A stretch of DNA of 64,000 bases, taken from contig JBFWJS010000006.1 of assembly GCA_050253075.1 (NCBI GenBank), positions 185,107 to 249,106 on the forward strand. Direction: 5' to 3'. The stretch is from Deferribacterales bacterium. Lineage in GTDB: Bacteria; Chrysiogenota; Deferribacteres; Deferribacterales; Geovibrionaceae. A program made the position numbers and the translations under genes. Positions 49,127-59,314 of the stretch are shown here, piece after piece. The notes beneath the pieces are model-generated. The model was not told the origin of the DNA. It saw only the letters and a program-made list of their open reading frames with translations, and did not search any database. Numbering within the stretch: the first letter of the stretch is position 1; every line of letters begins with the position of its first letter.

Positions 49127-49962
49127 TAGACCACAAAGCCTTTGTTGAGAATATACTGAAAGTAAGCATCCACCCTGAGGAAGTTCAGCTCGTATGAATC
49201 AGGCAGAGGCACACCTGCCGTCTTTCGCAGTGCTTCCACCGCCTCTCTGTCGAGGTCTGGGTATCCGCTTGAGCGTATGATATTGATGCCTGAGATCATG
49301 CCGTCCCTCGCTATCTGGAAGGATATGCGCACAGTCCCCTGCTCTCCCCTCACGGCGGCGGCTCTGGGGTATATCCATACCTGATACAGCCTGCGTGAAA
49401 ATTTATAGAAATAAGACTGGTACTTAACCTTTACATACTGCATAGAGACATGATCTTCGCCCTTTGGCGTTCCGCCTCCGCTTGCGTATTTGTTTATTAT
49501 TTCGTCAGGATTCAGTATGCCGTCCAGCTGCTTGTCTGCTAACCTGTCCTCCCACGGGGTTATCTCGGGTAGCTCCACGGGAGCATTGTCGTTCGGCACT
49601 TCCTGCAGGTCGGATTTATCAGGGGCTGATTTCGGCTCGGGTGCTGGTTCTTCGCCTTTCGCCTGCTTCTGCTCAGGTGCTGCGTGCTCAGGCACGGGAG
49701 CCATCTGATCCAGATCAGTATCCAGATCCTCATTCAGAGGTATATCCCTCATCGGCTCCGGCGGTCTCTGAGGCTGTGCTTCGGGTTTTGGAGCGGGCTG
49801 TGGTTCGGGCGCAGGTGTCGGTTCGGGGCGTTCTTTCGGGATAACACTGACTGTTATAGGTTTTTTCTCCTCTTTCTTCTCCGGCTGTATATCAAGTAGT
49901 GAAAGTATCAGCAGGTGAAGCAGAACGGAGATAAGAATAAACCAGACAAATTTGTTACGCAT
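49123..49962 (-). CDS. TonB-family energy transducer
   Basis: TM ISVLLH, Pro/Glu-rich linker, YPRAAAVRGEQGTV...SSGYPDLDREA. Confidence 0.85.
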   Translation of the reverse strand: MRNKFVWFILISVLLHLLILSLLDIQPEKKEEKKPITVSVIPKERPEPTPAPEPQPAPKPEAQPQRPPEPMRDIPLNEDLDTDLDQMAPVPEHAAPEQKQAKGEEPAPEPKSAPDKSDLQEVPNDNAPVELPEITPWEDRLADKQLDGILNPDEIINKYASGGGTPKGEDHVSMQYVKVKYQSYFYKFSRRLYQVWIYPRAAAVRGEQGTVRISFQIARDGMISGINIIRSSGYPDLDREAVEALRKTAGVPLPDSYELNFLRVDAYFQYILNKGFVVY

Positions 49963-50047
49963 TCGCTAAAAATAACTCCAACTGGGTTTATAATCAAGAT
50001 ATATATCAATGAAAAAAGTTCTATCTGATATAATACGGCACATAAGA

Positions 50048-50068
50048 CTTGACACGAACAGACTCAAG
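50048..50068 (+). promoter_or_regulatory. HAIR (HspR-associated inverted repeat) overlapping a sigma70 -35
   Basis: CTTGACA-N7-ACTCAAG versus consensus CTTGAGT-N7-ACTCAAG; TTGACA-17 nt-TATGTT promoter. Confidence 0.75.
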
Positions 50069-50113
50069 TATTATGTTAGCTTTAAAATCAACTAAGATTC
50101 ATAGGAGGACACT

Positions 50114-50551
50114 ATGGCAATCGTGAGATGGGACCCACTGAAAGACCTTATGACCATGCATGACAGGATGAACAAGATCTTTGACGAAACCCTCAGCAAG
50201 ACTGCTCAGGGCAATTACGGCGACTGGCTTCCTCCGGTAGACATTTTCGAAACCGAGGAAGAGATCATCATCATCGCAGAGCTCCCCGGCATGAAGGAAG
50301 AAGACCTCGACATTCAGGTCACCGACGGCGTGCTCAGCCTGAAAGGTGAAAAGAAATACCCCGCAGAGGGCGAAAGGGACAACTATTACAGGCTCGAAAG
50401 AGCATACGGCAAATTTAACAGATCATTCTCCATACCAAACACTGTGGACATCACAAGTGTGAAGGCGAGCCTGAAAGAAGGCCTGCTGAAAGTATCTCTT
50501 AAAAAGAAAGAGGAGATACAGCCGAGAGTGATAAAAGTAGAAACAGAGTAA
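50114..50551 (+). CDS. Hsp20/alpha-crystallin small heat-shock protein
   Basis: WLPPVDIFE, ELPG, RLERAYGKFNRSF, GLLKVSL. Confidence 0.95.
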   Translation: MAIVRWDPLKDLMTMHDRMNKIFDETLSKTAQGNYGDWLPPVDIFETEEEIIIIAELPGMKEEDLDIQVTDGVLSLKGEKKYPAEGERDNYYRLERAYGKFNRSFSIPNTVDITSVKASLKEGLLKVSLKKKEEIQPRVIKVETE

Positions 50552-50563
50552 CAAATAACAAAA

Positions 50564-50631
50564 GTCACTGCGGGGGAAGAGCCGTTGCTCTTATAAGCAC
50601 AGCCTTCGGCTGGTGCTATGCCCGCAATGAC
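50564..50631. repeat. Palindromic MITE-like element flanked by a 10-bp direct repeat
   Basis: Termini GTCACTGCGGG / CCCGCAATGAC; AATAACAAAA at 50554-50563 and 50632-50641. Confidence 0.7.
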
Positions 50632-50653
50632 AATAACAAAAATAAGGTAAAAA

Positions 50654-51760
50654 ATGGCAAGAGACTATTATGACGTGCTGGGGGTCCAGAAAGGATCCTC
50701 AGCCGACGATATCAAAAAAGCATACAGGAAGCTGGCTCGCAAATATCACCCCGACGTAAACCCGGGCGACAGCACCGCAGAGGATAAATTTAAAGAGATA
50801 TCCGAAGCATACGGCGTACTCAGCGACCCTGAAAAAAAGAAACAATACGACAGTCTCGGTCATGATGCATTTAAATCCGGCGGTCACGGTTATGACTTTT
50901 CCGGTGCAAATTTTGAAGATATTAAAAACCATTTCGGCGGTTTTGACTTCGGTGATCTTTTCGGCGACATATTCGGCGGAGGCGGCGGACGCTCAGGCAG
51001 ACGTGCAAACGCCCCGAGGAAAGGCGAGGATATCAGCTATACCATCCAGATACCTTTCAAGGATGCCATATTCGGCAACGAATATGAGATAGCCGTAAAC
51101 CACACCGTAAGCTGTGAGACATGCAGCGGCACAGGCGGAGACAAATTCACCTGTACCACGTGCGGAGGCTCAGGACAGGCCGTGAATCAGCAGAGAGGCA
51201 TGTTCGGCGTGCAGACCTGCCCCACCTGTAAAGGCACAGGGCAGATAACAAAGAATGTATGCACCGTATGCAGAGGCTCGGGCTACAGCAACAAACAGGA
51301 AAAGATAAAGGTCAAGATACCGAAAGGCGTGGATAAAAACTCCAAGATACGTGTGCCCGGAAAAGGGAACGCAGGTAAAAACGGCGGATCACAGGGAGAC
51401 CTGTACATCATCACAAACGTGAAAGACCACCCTGTATATGAACGTCAGGGGGACAACCTTTACGTAAACGTGGACGTAGACATGTTTGAAGCCGCACTGG
51501 GCGAAAAGATAAATGTGCCCACACCATACGGCACCATAAGCATGAGCATCCCCGCAGGCACACAGCCTGGGCAGAAGTTCCGCATAAAGAATAAAGGCGT
51601 CCCCGGGCTGAATAAGAGCCACATAGGCGACCTTTACGTGGTGATAAAGGTGAACGTACCTGCCGTCGCACAGGAAAAGGACAGAGACGCCCTCAAAGAA
51701 ATGCAGAAACAGTATATGACAGGAGAGCGTGACAAACTCATTGAAAAAGCGAGGCTTTAA
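50654..51760 (+). CDS. dnaJ: Chaperone DnaJ
   Basis: J-domain HPD, G/F region, four CxxCxGxG motifs. Confidence 0.93.
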   Translation: MARDYYDVLGVQKGSSADDIKKAYRKLARKYHPDVNPGDSTAEDKFKEISEAYGVLSDPEKKKQYDSLGHDAFKSGGHGYDFSGANFEDIKNHFGGFDFGDLFGDIFGGGGGRSGRRANAPRKGEDISYTIQIPFKDAIFGNEYEIAVNHTVSCETCSGTGGDKFTCTTCGGSGQAVNQQRGMFGVQTCPTCKGTGQITKNVCTVCRGSGYSNKQEKIKVKIPKGVDKNSKIRVPGKGNAGKNGGSQGDLYIITNVKDHPVYERQGDNLYVNVDVDMFEAALGEKINVPTPYGTISMSIPAGTQPGQKFRIKNKGVPGLNKSHIGDLYVVIKVNVPAVAQEKDRDALKEMQKQYMTGERDKLIEKARL

Positions 51761-51762
51761 AA

Positions 51763-52137
51763 ATGAATAATAAGCCGCTGTATATAATAAGCATCGTATC
51801 CGAGATGCTGGATCTGCACCCGCAGACACTCAGGCAGTATGAAAGACTCGGACTGGTCAACCCGCAGAGGACATCGGGCAACACCCGCCTCTATTCCGAG
51901 GAAGATCTCGAAACGCTGAAGTTCATCCTGACCCTCACAAAGGACATGGGAGTGAACCTCGCAGGGGTAGAGGTGATAATGAACATGCGGGATCAGATAG
52001 CCGACCTGCAGGAACAGAACGAACACCTCAAAGCGTTCATAAAGCAGAACGCAAAGCACCTGCAGAAAGCGAAGGAAGGGCTCGTCCCCTCCACGCATAA
52101 AGGTATCATAAAAGTAAAGATCAGCACCGAGGAATAA
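51763..52137 (+). CDS. hspR: MerR-family heat-shock repressor HspR
   Basis: LHPQTLRQYERLGL...RLYS...GVNLAGVEVI; located between dnaJ and clpB. Confidence 0.88.
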   Translation: MNNKPLYIISIVSEMLDLHPQTLRQYERLGLVNPQRTSGNTRLYSEEDLETLKFILTLTKDMGVNLAGVEVIMNMRDQIADLQEQNEHLKAFIKQNAKHLQKAKEGLVPSTHKGIIKVKISTEE

Positions 52138-52152
52138 ACAAACTTATAACCG

Positions 52153-52214
52153 GTCATCCTGAGCAGATGCGAAAGATCTTAAACTTACAGATTTTTCATT
52201 TCATTCAGAATGAC
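52153..52214. repeat. Palindromic REP-like element
   Basis: Termini GTCATCCTGA / TCAGAATGAC; inner GAAAGATCT / AGATTTTTC. Confidence 0.65.
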
Positions 52215-52240
52215 TATTAGCACAAATTAAGAGGATAAGA

Positions 52241-54844
52241 ATGTTCAACTTCAATAAAATGACCATAAAGGCTCAGGAAGCGGTACAGTCCGCCCTTGAG
52301 CTGGCAGAAAAGCACAGCCACCAACAGCTGATGCCTGAACACATCCTCCTTGCCCTCATGACACAGGAGGACGGCATGGTGACCCCGCTGATGCATAAAG
52401 CGGGAGTAAACACCAACCAGCTGAGAACAGAAACTGAAAAACTGCTCGAAAAATTCCCGAAAGTGGAAGGAAGCGTGCAGCAATATATCGGTCAGGAGGC
52501 GAAAAAGTCTCTCGACTATGCATTTGAATCAATTAAAAAATTCGGCGACGAATACGTTTCGACAGAACATATACTCCTAGGCATAGGCGAAAACGCAGGT
52601 TACGACCTGCGTACCGCCATGTCCTCTGCGGGGTATAACCTGAACACTCTGCTGAAAGCGTACGAGTCTGTCCGCGGCTCCAGCCGTGTCACAGACCAGA
52701 ACCCCGAAGATAAGATGAACGCTCTGGACAAATACACCATCGACCTCACAGAATCAGCACGCACGGGCAAGCTGGACCCTGTGATAGGCCGAGACGAAGA
52801 GATCAGGCGTGTGATACACGTGCTCTCCCGCAGGACCAAAAACAACCCTGTGCTCATAGGTGAGCCCGGTGTGGGTAAAACAGCCATAGCCGAAGGGCTC
52901 GCACAGCGTATCATAAACGGCGACGTACCGGAGACACTTAAAGGCAGAACAGTGGCAGCACTCGACATGGGTTCGCTCATTGCGGGTACAAAGTTCCGAG
53001 GCGAGTTCGAAGACAGACTGAAAGCACTGCTGAATACAATAAAAGAGCGTGAGGGCGAGATCGTACTCTTCATAGACGAAATGCACACCCTCGTGGGCGC
53101 AGGTAAGACCGACGGCGCAATGGACGCCGCGAACCTTTTGAAACCTGCCCTCGCCCGAGGCGAACTGCACTGTATAGGAGCTACGACCCTCGACGAATAT
53201 AAGAAATACGTGGAGAAAGATACCGCACTGGAGCGCAGATTCCAGCCTGTGATGGTGAAGGAACCGTCCGTGGAGGACACTGTGTCCATACTGCGGGGTC
53301 TGAAAGAAAGATATGAGGTTCACCACGGTGTACGCATAACAGACAACGCACTCGTTGCAGCGGCACACATGGCGAACAAATACATAAGCGACCGATTCAT
53401 GCCCGACAAAGCGATAGACCTCATAGACGAGGCGACAGCCAAGATACGCATGGAGATAGACAGTCTGCCCACTGAGCTGGACGAGCTCGAAAGGCGCATC
53501 ACTCACCTTGAGATAGATAAACAGGCTCTCAAAAAGGAGAAGGACAACGCCAGCAAACAAAGACTCGAAAAGCTCGAAGAAGAGCTCGCAAACCTGAAAG
53601 AACAGGCGCAGAGCATGCGTACGGCATGGCAGAATGAAAAAGATGTAATACAGAACTCTACTAACATAAAAGAAGAGATAGAAAAAGCTAAGCAGGAGAT
53701 GGCACAGGCAGAACGCCTCGGTGACCTGCAAAAAGCATCCGAGCTGAAATACGGTAAACTGGTCGAGCTGGACGAAAAGCTGAAAAGCGCAAACGCCAAA
53801 CTGGCAGAGCTGCAGCAGACCAAACGCATCCTCAAAGAGGAAGTGGACGAGGAAGACATCGCAGCCGTCATCAGCAAATGGACAGGCATCCCCGCCACAA
53901 AACTGCTCGAAGAGGAAGCGGACAAGCTGATAAGCATGGAAAGCTACCTCCACAAGCGTGTGGTAGGTCAGGACAATGCCATAAAAGCAGTGTCTGAGGC
54001 CGTGCGCAGAAGCCGTGCGGGGCTGAACGACCCGGGCAAGCCGATAGGCTCATTCATCTTCCTCGGCCCTACGGGTGTCGGTAAGACAGAGCTTGCGAAA
54101 TCTCTGGCGGAGTTCCTCTTCGATTCTGAGGAGGCGATTATCCGCATAGATATGAGCGAATACATGGAGAAGCACTCCGTGGCAAGGCTCATCGGTGCAC
54201 CTCCCGGATATGTGGGATATGACGAAGGCGGTCAGCTCACAGAGGCAGTACGCAGACGCCCCTATTCCGTCATACTCATGGACGAGATAGAAAAAGCGCA
54301 CCCCGATGTTTTTAATGTTCTCCTTCAGCTGCTGGACGACGGACGTCTCACAGACAGCAAAGGACGCACAGTCAGCTTTAAAAACTGTGTGATAATAATG
54401 ACATCAAACATTGCGAGCGACCTCATACACGAGGAATTTGCAAAAGAAGGCGACTGGAAGCAGAAATATGCAGAAATACAGAAGATCGCCACAAGCCAGC
54501 TCTCCGGCTATTTCCGCCCTGAGTTCCTCAACAGGATAGAGGACATAATAGTCTTCCACCCGCTGAACGAAGAGCATATCGGCGAGATAGCAGAGATACT
54601 TATGCAAAGTTTTGCAAAGAGAGTTCTTGAAAATAACATAGAACTTAACTGGACAGAAAATGTCATCAATGAGATAGTAAAAGCAGGATTCGATGCTTCA
54701 TACGGTGCAAGACCTATGAAACGTGCGATCCGCAGAATGGTGGAAAATTTTATAGCCGAAAAGATCATAAAAGGCGAGCTGAAAGCGGGCGATAAGTGCA
54801 CTCTCGATTTTTATGACGGAAATATGCAGATTATACATTCATAA
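52241..54844 (+). CDS. clpB: ATP-dependent disaggregase ClpB
   Basis: Two AAA+ modules ([16 protein letters not shown]), coiled-coil M-domain, GAPPGYVGY. Confidence 0.97.
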   Translation: MFNFNKMTIKAQEAVQSALELAEKHSHQQLMPEHILLALMTQEDGMVTPLMHKAGVNTNQLRTETEKLLEKFPKVEGSVQQYIGQEAKKSLDYAFESIKKFGDEYVSTEHILLGIGENAGYDLRTAMSSAGYNLNTLLKAYESVRGSSRVTDQNPEDKMNALDKYTIDLTESARTGKLDPVIGRDEEIRRVIHVLSRRTKNNPVLIGEPGVGKTAIAEGLAQRIINGDVPETLKGRTVAALDMGSLIAGTKFRGEFEDRLKALLNTIKEREGEIVLFIDEMHTLVGAGKTDGAMDAANLLKPALARGELHCIGATTLDEYKKYVEKDTALERRFQPVMVKEPSVEDTVSILRGLKERYEVHHGVRITDNALVAAAHMANKYISDRFMPDKAIDLIDEATAKIRMEIDSLPTELDELERRITHLEIDKQALKKEKDNASKQRLEKLEEELANLKEQAQSMRTAWQNEKDVIQNSTNIKEEIEKAKQEMAQAERLGDLQKASELKYGKLVELDEKLKSANAKLAELQQTKRILKEEVDEEDIAAVISKWTGIPATKLLEEEADKLISMESYLHKRVVGQDNAIKAVSEAVRRSRAGLNDPGKPIGSFIFLGPTGVGKTELAKSLAEFLFDSEEAIIRIDMSEYMEKHSVARLIGAPPGYVGYDEGGQLTEAVRRRPYSVILMDEIEKAHPDVFNVLLQLLDDGRLTDSKGRTVSFKNCVIIMTSNIASDLIHEEFAKEGDWKQKYAEIQKIATSQLSGYFRPEFLNRIEDIIVFHPLNEEHIGEIAEILMQSFAKRVLENNIELNWTENVINEIVKAGFDASYGARPMKRAIRRMVENFIAEKIIKGELKAGDKCTLDFYDGNMQIIHS

Positions 54845-54896
54845 TTGAAAGCGAAATCTGCACCTATGTGCTATAATTTCCCCAAATGGTGGTTAA

Positions 54897-55814
54897 ATGA
54901 AAGATATTGAAGAAGCAGAAGATCAGGAACAGTCAGACGATAAAGACGAAAGAGACGAACTGCCGCAGGAAACAGGCTCGATACCTCCTGTCAGCGAGAG
55001 TTCGCTCAAACACTATCTGAACTCTATCTCCGCATATAAACCGCTCACAAAGGAGCAGGAATATAAGCTCGGAGAGAGGATACAGGCAGGCGATGAAGAA
55101 GCGCTCAGCACACTGATACTCTGTAACCTTAAATTTGTCGTTTCCATAGCAAACAGATACCGCAATACAGGTCTGCCTATATCAGACCTTATAAATCAGG
55201 GTAACCTCGGTCTGGTGGAAGCAGCGAAAAGATTTGACCACACAAAAGATGTCAAATTCATATCCTATGCCGTCTGGTGGATCAGACAGTCCATAATACA
55301 GGCTCTGGCGGAGCAGTCGGGCACTGTAAAACTGCCGATAAAGCAGGCAGGCATACTTTATAAGATAAACGGAGCCACAGAGAAGCTGAATAAAAAGCTG
55401 AACCGTGAGCCCACCGCTCAGGAGCTCGCAGAGCACCTTGAGATGGACGAATCCGATATCGAGAACGTCCTCAGAGTTTCCAGAAACTACCTTTCTCTGG
55501 AAGCACCGATAAAGGACGGCGAGGACAGGTCTTTCATCGACCTGCTCGAATCAGGCTCAAAAGATATCGAGGAAGACATCATATCCAAAACTCTGAAATC
55601 CGCTCTGGACGACATTGTGGATGAACTGGACGAAAGAGAATCACAAATTATAGAGTGGCGCTTCGGGCTGAATGACGAGGCGCCCAAAACTCTCGAAGAG
55701 ATAGGCGAGCTTATGGAGATAAGCCGTGAGCGTGTACGTCAGCTGGAGACACGTGCACTGGCAAAGCTCCGCAAGAAAGCTATGAAAAATAAACTGCAGG
55801 ACTTCTTAAACTGA
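54897..55814 (+). CDS. Sigma-70 family (RpoD/RpoS-like) sigma factor lacking region 1.1
   Basis: NLKFVVSIA, KFISYAVWWIRQSI, TLEEIG...SRERVRQLE. Confidence 0.9.
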   Translation: MKDIEEAEDQEQSDDKDERDELPQETGSIPPVSESSLKHYLNSISAYKPLTKEQEYKLGERIQAGDEEALSTLILCNLKFVVSIANRYRNTGLPISDLINQGNLGLVEAAKRFDHTKDVKFISYAVWWIRQSIIQALAEQSGTVKLPIKQAGILYKINGATEKLNKKLNREPTAQELAEHLEMDESDIENVLRVSRNYLSLEAPIKDGEDRSFIDLLESGSKDIEEDIISKTLKSALDDIVDELDERESQIIEWRFGLNDEAPKTLEEIGELMEISRERVRQLETRALAKLRKKAMKNKLQDFLN

Positions 55815-56182
55815 TGGAAACATATACACTCGTACGCCCCGAACACCTGAACCACTACGGTAAACTTTTCGGAGGAGAGCTGCTCAAATGGATAGACGAA
55901 ACTGCGTGGCTCGCAGCCGCAAGGGATTTCCCCGGGTCGTCATTTGTGACAGTTGCGATGGACGAGATCACCTTTAAACAGCAGGTGGAGAACGGAGCTA
56001 TACTCAGGTTCGACATTAATGCCGTACGTCAGGGTAATTCATCAGTGCAGTATGAAGTGCATGTTTTTGGAGATTTCCCCGGCGCAAGCGAAGAAGTAGA
56101 GGTCTTCAGCACCAAAGTCACATTTGTAAACGTGGATAAAAACGGAAAAGCAGTCAGGCTCGAAAAAAGGCTGAATATCTAA
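55814..56182 (+). CDS. Hotdog-fold acyl-CoA thioesterase (YciA-like)
   Basis: PEHLNHYGKLFGGELLKWIDE, TFVNVD. Confidence 0.88.
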   Translation: METYTLVRPEHLNHYGKLFGGELLKWIDETAWLAAARDFPGSSFVTVAMDEITFKQQVENGAILRFDINAVRQGNSSVQYEVHVFGDFPGASEEVEVFSTKVTFVNVDKNGKAVRLEKRLNI

Positions 56183-57114
56183 CCGAGAGCTTTCATATCG
56201 TCGTCGATATCGACACCCTTCACAGTCAGATAGTCCCCCACCATCACGGCATTAGCACCCGCTTTTAATACCTTTTGCGCACTGTTTTCGCTGAAAACTA
56301 TGCTGCGTCCTCCGCACACACGGATATCTTTATCAGGCAGTATAAAACGGTACATAGCTATAATGCGGAGTGCCTCGTCCTCTGAAAGGACTTCCTGCGC
56401 CTCCATAGGGGTTCCCTTTATAGGGTTCAGGAAATTTATCGGTACGGAATGTACGCCGAGGTCATGCAGGGTAAATGCGAGCTCTGCTCTGTGCGCCCAG
56501 CTTTCGCCGAGTCCGAATATACCGCCGCAGCAGACATAAAGCCCTGCCCTGACAGAATCACGCACAGTCTCGACATCACGCTCATAGTCGTGGGTAGAGC
56601 ATATCTGCGGAAAGTAGCTTCTCGCCACTTCAAGGTTATGATGATACGCCGTCATGCCGACCTTTTTCAGCTCCATCAGCTTCTCATAGCTCATGCATCC
56701 GACAGATGCATCAGGGAGCAGACCGTGGCTTTTTATCACGCCCATAGCTTCTTTTATCTTTTCAAATTCTTCGTCTGTGGGGCCGATTCCGCTGGTCACG
56801 ATGCTGAATCGCTTCACGCCCTTTTCGGCAAGGTCTTTAGACGCCTTGTCTATACGCTCCATGTCGATGAAGCCGTATTCGGGCGCACCTGTATTAAAAT
56901 GTGACGACTGGGCGCAAAATGAGCAATCCTCACTGCACAGACCACTTCTGGCATTGATGATGGCACATGTCTCTGCTCTGTCCCCTTTGAATTTCTTTTT
57001 TATCTGTTCTGCATAGTCGATGAGTTCGCTGAGATTAGCGTTTACTATATAGCTGATGTCGCCTGCGCTGAGTTTTTCCCTGCGGAGGCTTTTTTCGAAT
57101 ACGTTTTTAAGCAT
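56179..57114 (-). CDS. bioB: Biotin synthase
   Basis: CSEDCSFCAQS, YHHNLE, CCGGIFGLGE, VPINFL, GDYLT. Confidence 0.95.
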   Translation of the reverse strand: MLKNVFEKSLRREKLSAGDISYIVNANLSELIDYAEQIKKKFKGDRAETCAIINARSGLCSEDCSFCAQSSHFNTGAPEYGFIDMERIDKASKDLAEKGVKRFSIVTSGIGPTDEEFEKIKEAMGVIKSHGLLPDASVGCMSYEKLMELKKVGMTAYHHNLEVARSYFPQICSTHDYERDVETVRDSVRAGLYVCCGGIFGLGESWAHRAELAFTLHDLGVHSVPINFLNPIKGTPMEAQEVLSEDEALRIIAMYRFILPDKDIRVCGGRSIVFSENSAQKVLKAGANAVMVGDYLTVKGVDIDDDMKALG

Positions 57115-57118
57115 GTTT

Positions 57119-57793
57119 CTAGTCCGATACGATAATAAATCTTGAGTTCACAAAACCTGTGTAGTCGTTTGTCTTAACCTTCCACCATGTGTGGCCGCCC
57201 TTCTTCACTTTCTCTAAAAGGATGAGCTGCTGCCAGCTGACGAGTATCTCGAGTACATCAGAGTCGTTCGTAGGATACTGCCAGAGGATGACGCCGTCTT
57301 TCACGGCATATCCGAATCCGCTGTCACCGTCTTTAACGGGTCTGGTCTTTATATTGTCTCTCTCCACGCTCTCATCGCTGAGGGGCGCTTCGGTGTATAT
57401 CGTTGTGATCTTTCCGTCTGTCTCGGTTTTCACCACCATGGTCTCAGGCGGAGTAACGGCAAGTCCGTAGAGCTCTGTCTTCTTCGCAGGGATGGCCTCG
57501 GATTCCAGCTTCACTACGGAACCTTTGAGCTTGTCTAAAACTTCTCTCATGCGGTCCTGCTCTGCTTTCTGAGCCTCTATATCTGTGGTCTGCTGTTTGA
57601 CGTCTTCGTTCATCTTAACGACGGTATGGCTCATTGTGCCGAGCTGATCCTTCATCTCGTCTGTGAGGATGCGGATATTGCGCACTTCTGTGCGTATTTC
57701 GTTAAGATCATTCTCATATCTTTTAAGTCGGCTTCGGCTTGCGCATGAAGCGACAGTGAATACTATAAGTAATAAGGCAAGGAACCTTGTCAT
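57119..57793 (-). CDS. Lipoprotein with coiled coil and C-terminal SH3b-like domain
   Basis: Lipobox VASC; heptad region; WWKVKT...TGFVNSRFI. Confidence 0.75.
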   Translation of the reverse strand: MTRFLALLLIVFTVASCASRSRLKRYENDLNEIRTEVRNIRILTDEMKDQLGTMSHTVVKMNEDVKQQTTDIEAQKAEQDRMREVLDKLKGSVVKLESEAIPAKKTELYGLAVTPPETMVVKTETDGKITTIYTEAPLSDESVERDNIKTRPVKDGDSGFGYAVKDGVILWQYPTNDSDVLEILVSWQQLILLEKVKKGGHTWWKVKTNDYTGFVNSRFIIVSD

Positions 57794-57818
57794 TTGAAAC
57801 CTCTAATAAATAAAATAT

Positions 57819-59252
57819 CTAGTTGCATTCCTCAGGAGAACCGACAACTTTGATGTATCTCGCAAACATATAACCCTCTGCGCCCTGGAAAGTGGTCTTC
57901 CACCAATTACCGTCTGAGGAAAGCTCGAGAAGCTCGATATAAGCCTTGCTCGGTGCTGTGCCTATCAGCTCTGAATCGACAGAAGGACCTGAGCGAACCT
58001 TAAGACCGCTGTTCGCAGTGATACATCCGTGCTGTATGGCAGGAGCATCCACCTGGACAGTTTTTACAGGCTCAGCAGGCTGCGGTTCAGGTGTTTCCAC
58101 TGTTTGCGGCTCTTCTGCAACTGGTTCCTCGATTATAGGCTCAGGTATCACAGGTGCCTGTACCATAGGCTCTTCCGCAGGCTGTTCTACGGCAGGAGCT
58201 TCGACAGGTGCGACAGGCTCGACAACGCTCTCTTCAGGTGCGGGCTCCGCTGCCACAGGCGGCTCTACAGTCTCCAGAGGCGGAACGTTGAGTACGGGCT
58301 GTTCTTCCACAGCGGCGACCTGCTCGGTCTTTGTCTGCTTTTTCGCTATGAACTCTGCTGCTTCATCTTTGTAAAAATATCCTGCGCCGATCAGCGCAAT
58401 GATTAGAACTACAGCATACAGAGGTTTTCTATTTGTTCTTTTGGCTGCTTTGACACCGTAAAGTCTCGCTGCGGCCATTTTAATATACTTAGGGGTTATC
58501 TTGCTCTGTTTCCCCTCTTTCGCAAGGGTAAGAGCTTTCTGAGCTATTCTGTTTATCTCGGAAGGGACGCCTTTTGAATAGTCGTATATGGCAGAGTAGG
58601 AGTTAGACTTGAAAAGATGCTGATCGTCAGCTCCGATGGCTGTCTTTACCCTGTGTTCGACATATTCGATGGTGTCGTGAAGATTAAGCGGGGCGAGCTC
58701 CACTGTGAATGTGAATTTCGGCCCGAGGTCTCCGCCGATGTTGCGGAGTCTGTCGTGAAGCTCAGGACATCCTGATATGATAACCTGTACGAGCTTACAC
58801 TTCTCTATCTCTATCTCCATAAACTCGCTGAGCATATGAAGGCAGTCGTCCGATATCGTTTCTGCGCTGTCGACGATTATAAGGTTATTCTTCCCTGCCT
58901 TATATTCCTCTACAAAAAACTCCATAACATGACCGAAAAGAGCCTGTCTGTCGGTCTCTGTGTACTGCAGTCCGAAGCCCTTGCATATCTCAACCATGAG
59001 CTTATCAGGGTTTTCACCTTCGTACTTAACCATTGATACGTTACAACTTTTAACGGAATCTTTAAGGATGTTACAGGTCAAAGTTTTACCCGTTCCCTGC
59101 AGTCCGGTGAGCAGCATGAACCCTTTACGGCTATTAAGCCCGTATTCGAGCAAAGTTATAGCTTTGTCATGCAGAATAGACGAAAAGAAGTATTTGTTGT
59201 CCGGGTAGGCGCTGAAAGGCTCATCCTTTAACCCGAATAGGTCCCTGCTCAT
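57819..59252 (-). CDS. ExeA/GspA-like AAA protein with TM, Pro/Glu-rich linker and SH3b domain
   Basis: FGLKDEPFS..PD..YFF, GLQGTGKT, SKGVPSEIN; LKVRSGPS...WWK...GYMFARYI. Confidence 0.82.
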   Translation of the reverse strand: MSRDLFGLKDEPFSAYPDNKYFFSSILHDKAITLLEYGLNSRKGFMLLTGLQGTGKTLTCNILKDSVKSCNVSMVKYEGENPDKLMVEICKGFGLQYTETDRQALFGHVMEFFVEEYKAGKNNLIIVDSAETISDDCLHMLSEFMEIEIEKCKLVQVIISGCPELHDRLRNIGGDLGPKFTFTVELAPLNLHDTIEYVEHRVKTAIGADDQHLFKSNSYSAIYDYSKGVPSEINRIAQKALTLAKEGKQSKITPKYIKMAAARLYGVKAAKRTNRKPLYAVVLIIALIGAGYFYKDEAAEFIAKKQTKTEQVAAVEEQPVLNVPPLETVEPPVAAEPAPEESVVEPVAPVEAPAVEQPAEEPMVQAPVIPEPIIEEPVAEEPQTVETPEPQPAEPVKTVQVDAPAIQHGCITANSGLKVRSGPSVDSELIGTAPSKAYIELLELSSDGNWWKTTFQGAEGYMFARYIKVVGSPEECN

Positions 59253-59314
59253 ATAGTCGTAACCCTTTTATTGCAATAATTTAGGTACAGTTTAAATTAA
59301 ATAGTCTTAAATGT

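Noticed and set aside
52600..53953. Long antisense ORFs (229 and 399 aa) opposite clpB
   Set aside because: Shadow frames of a conserved, codon-biased gene; no motifs or RBS
55814..57114. Thioesterase as a biotin-pathway partner of bioB
   Set aside because: The genes are convergent and the thioesterase is coupled to the sigma gene instead
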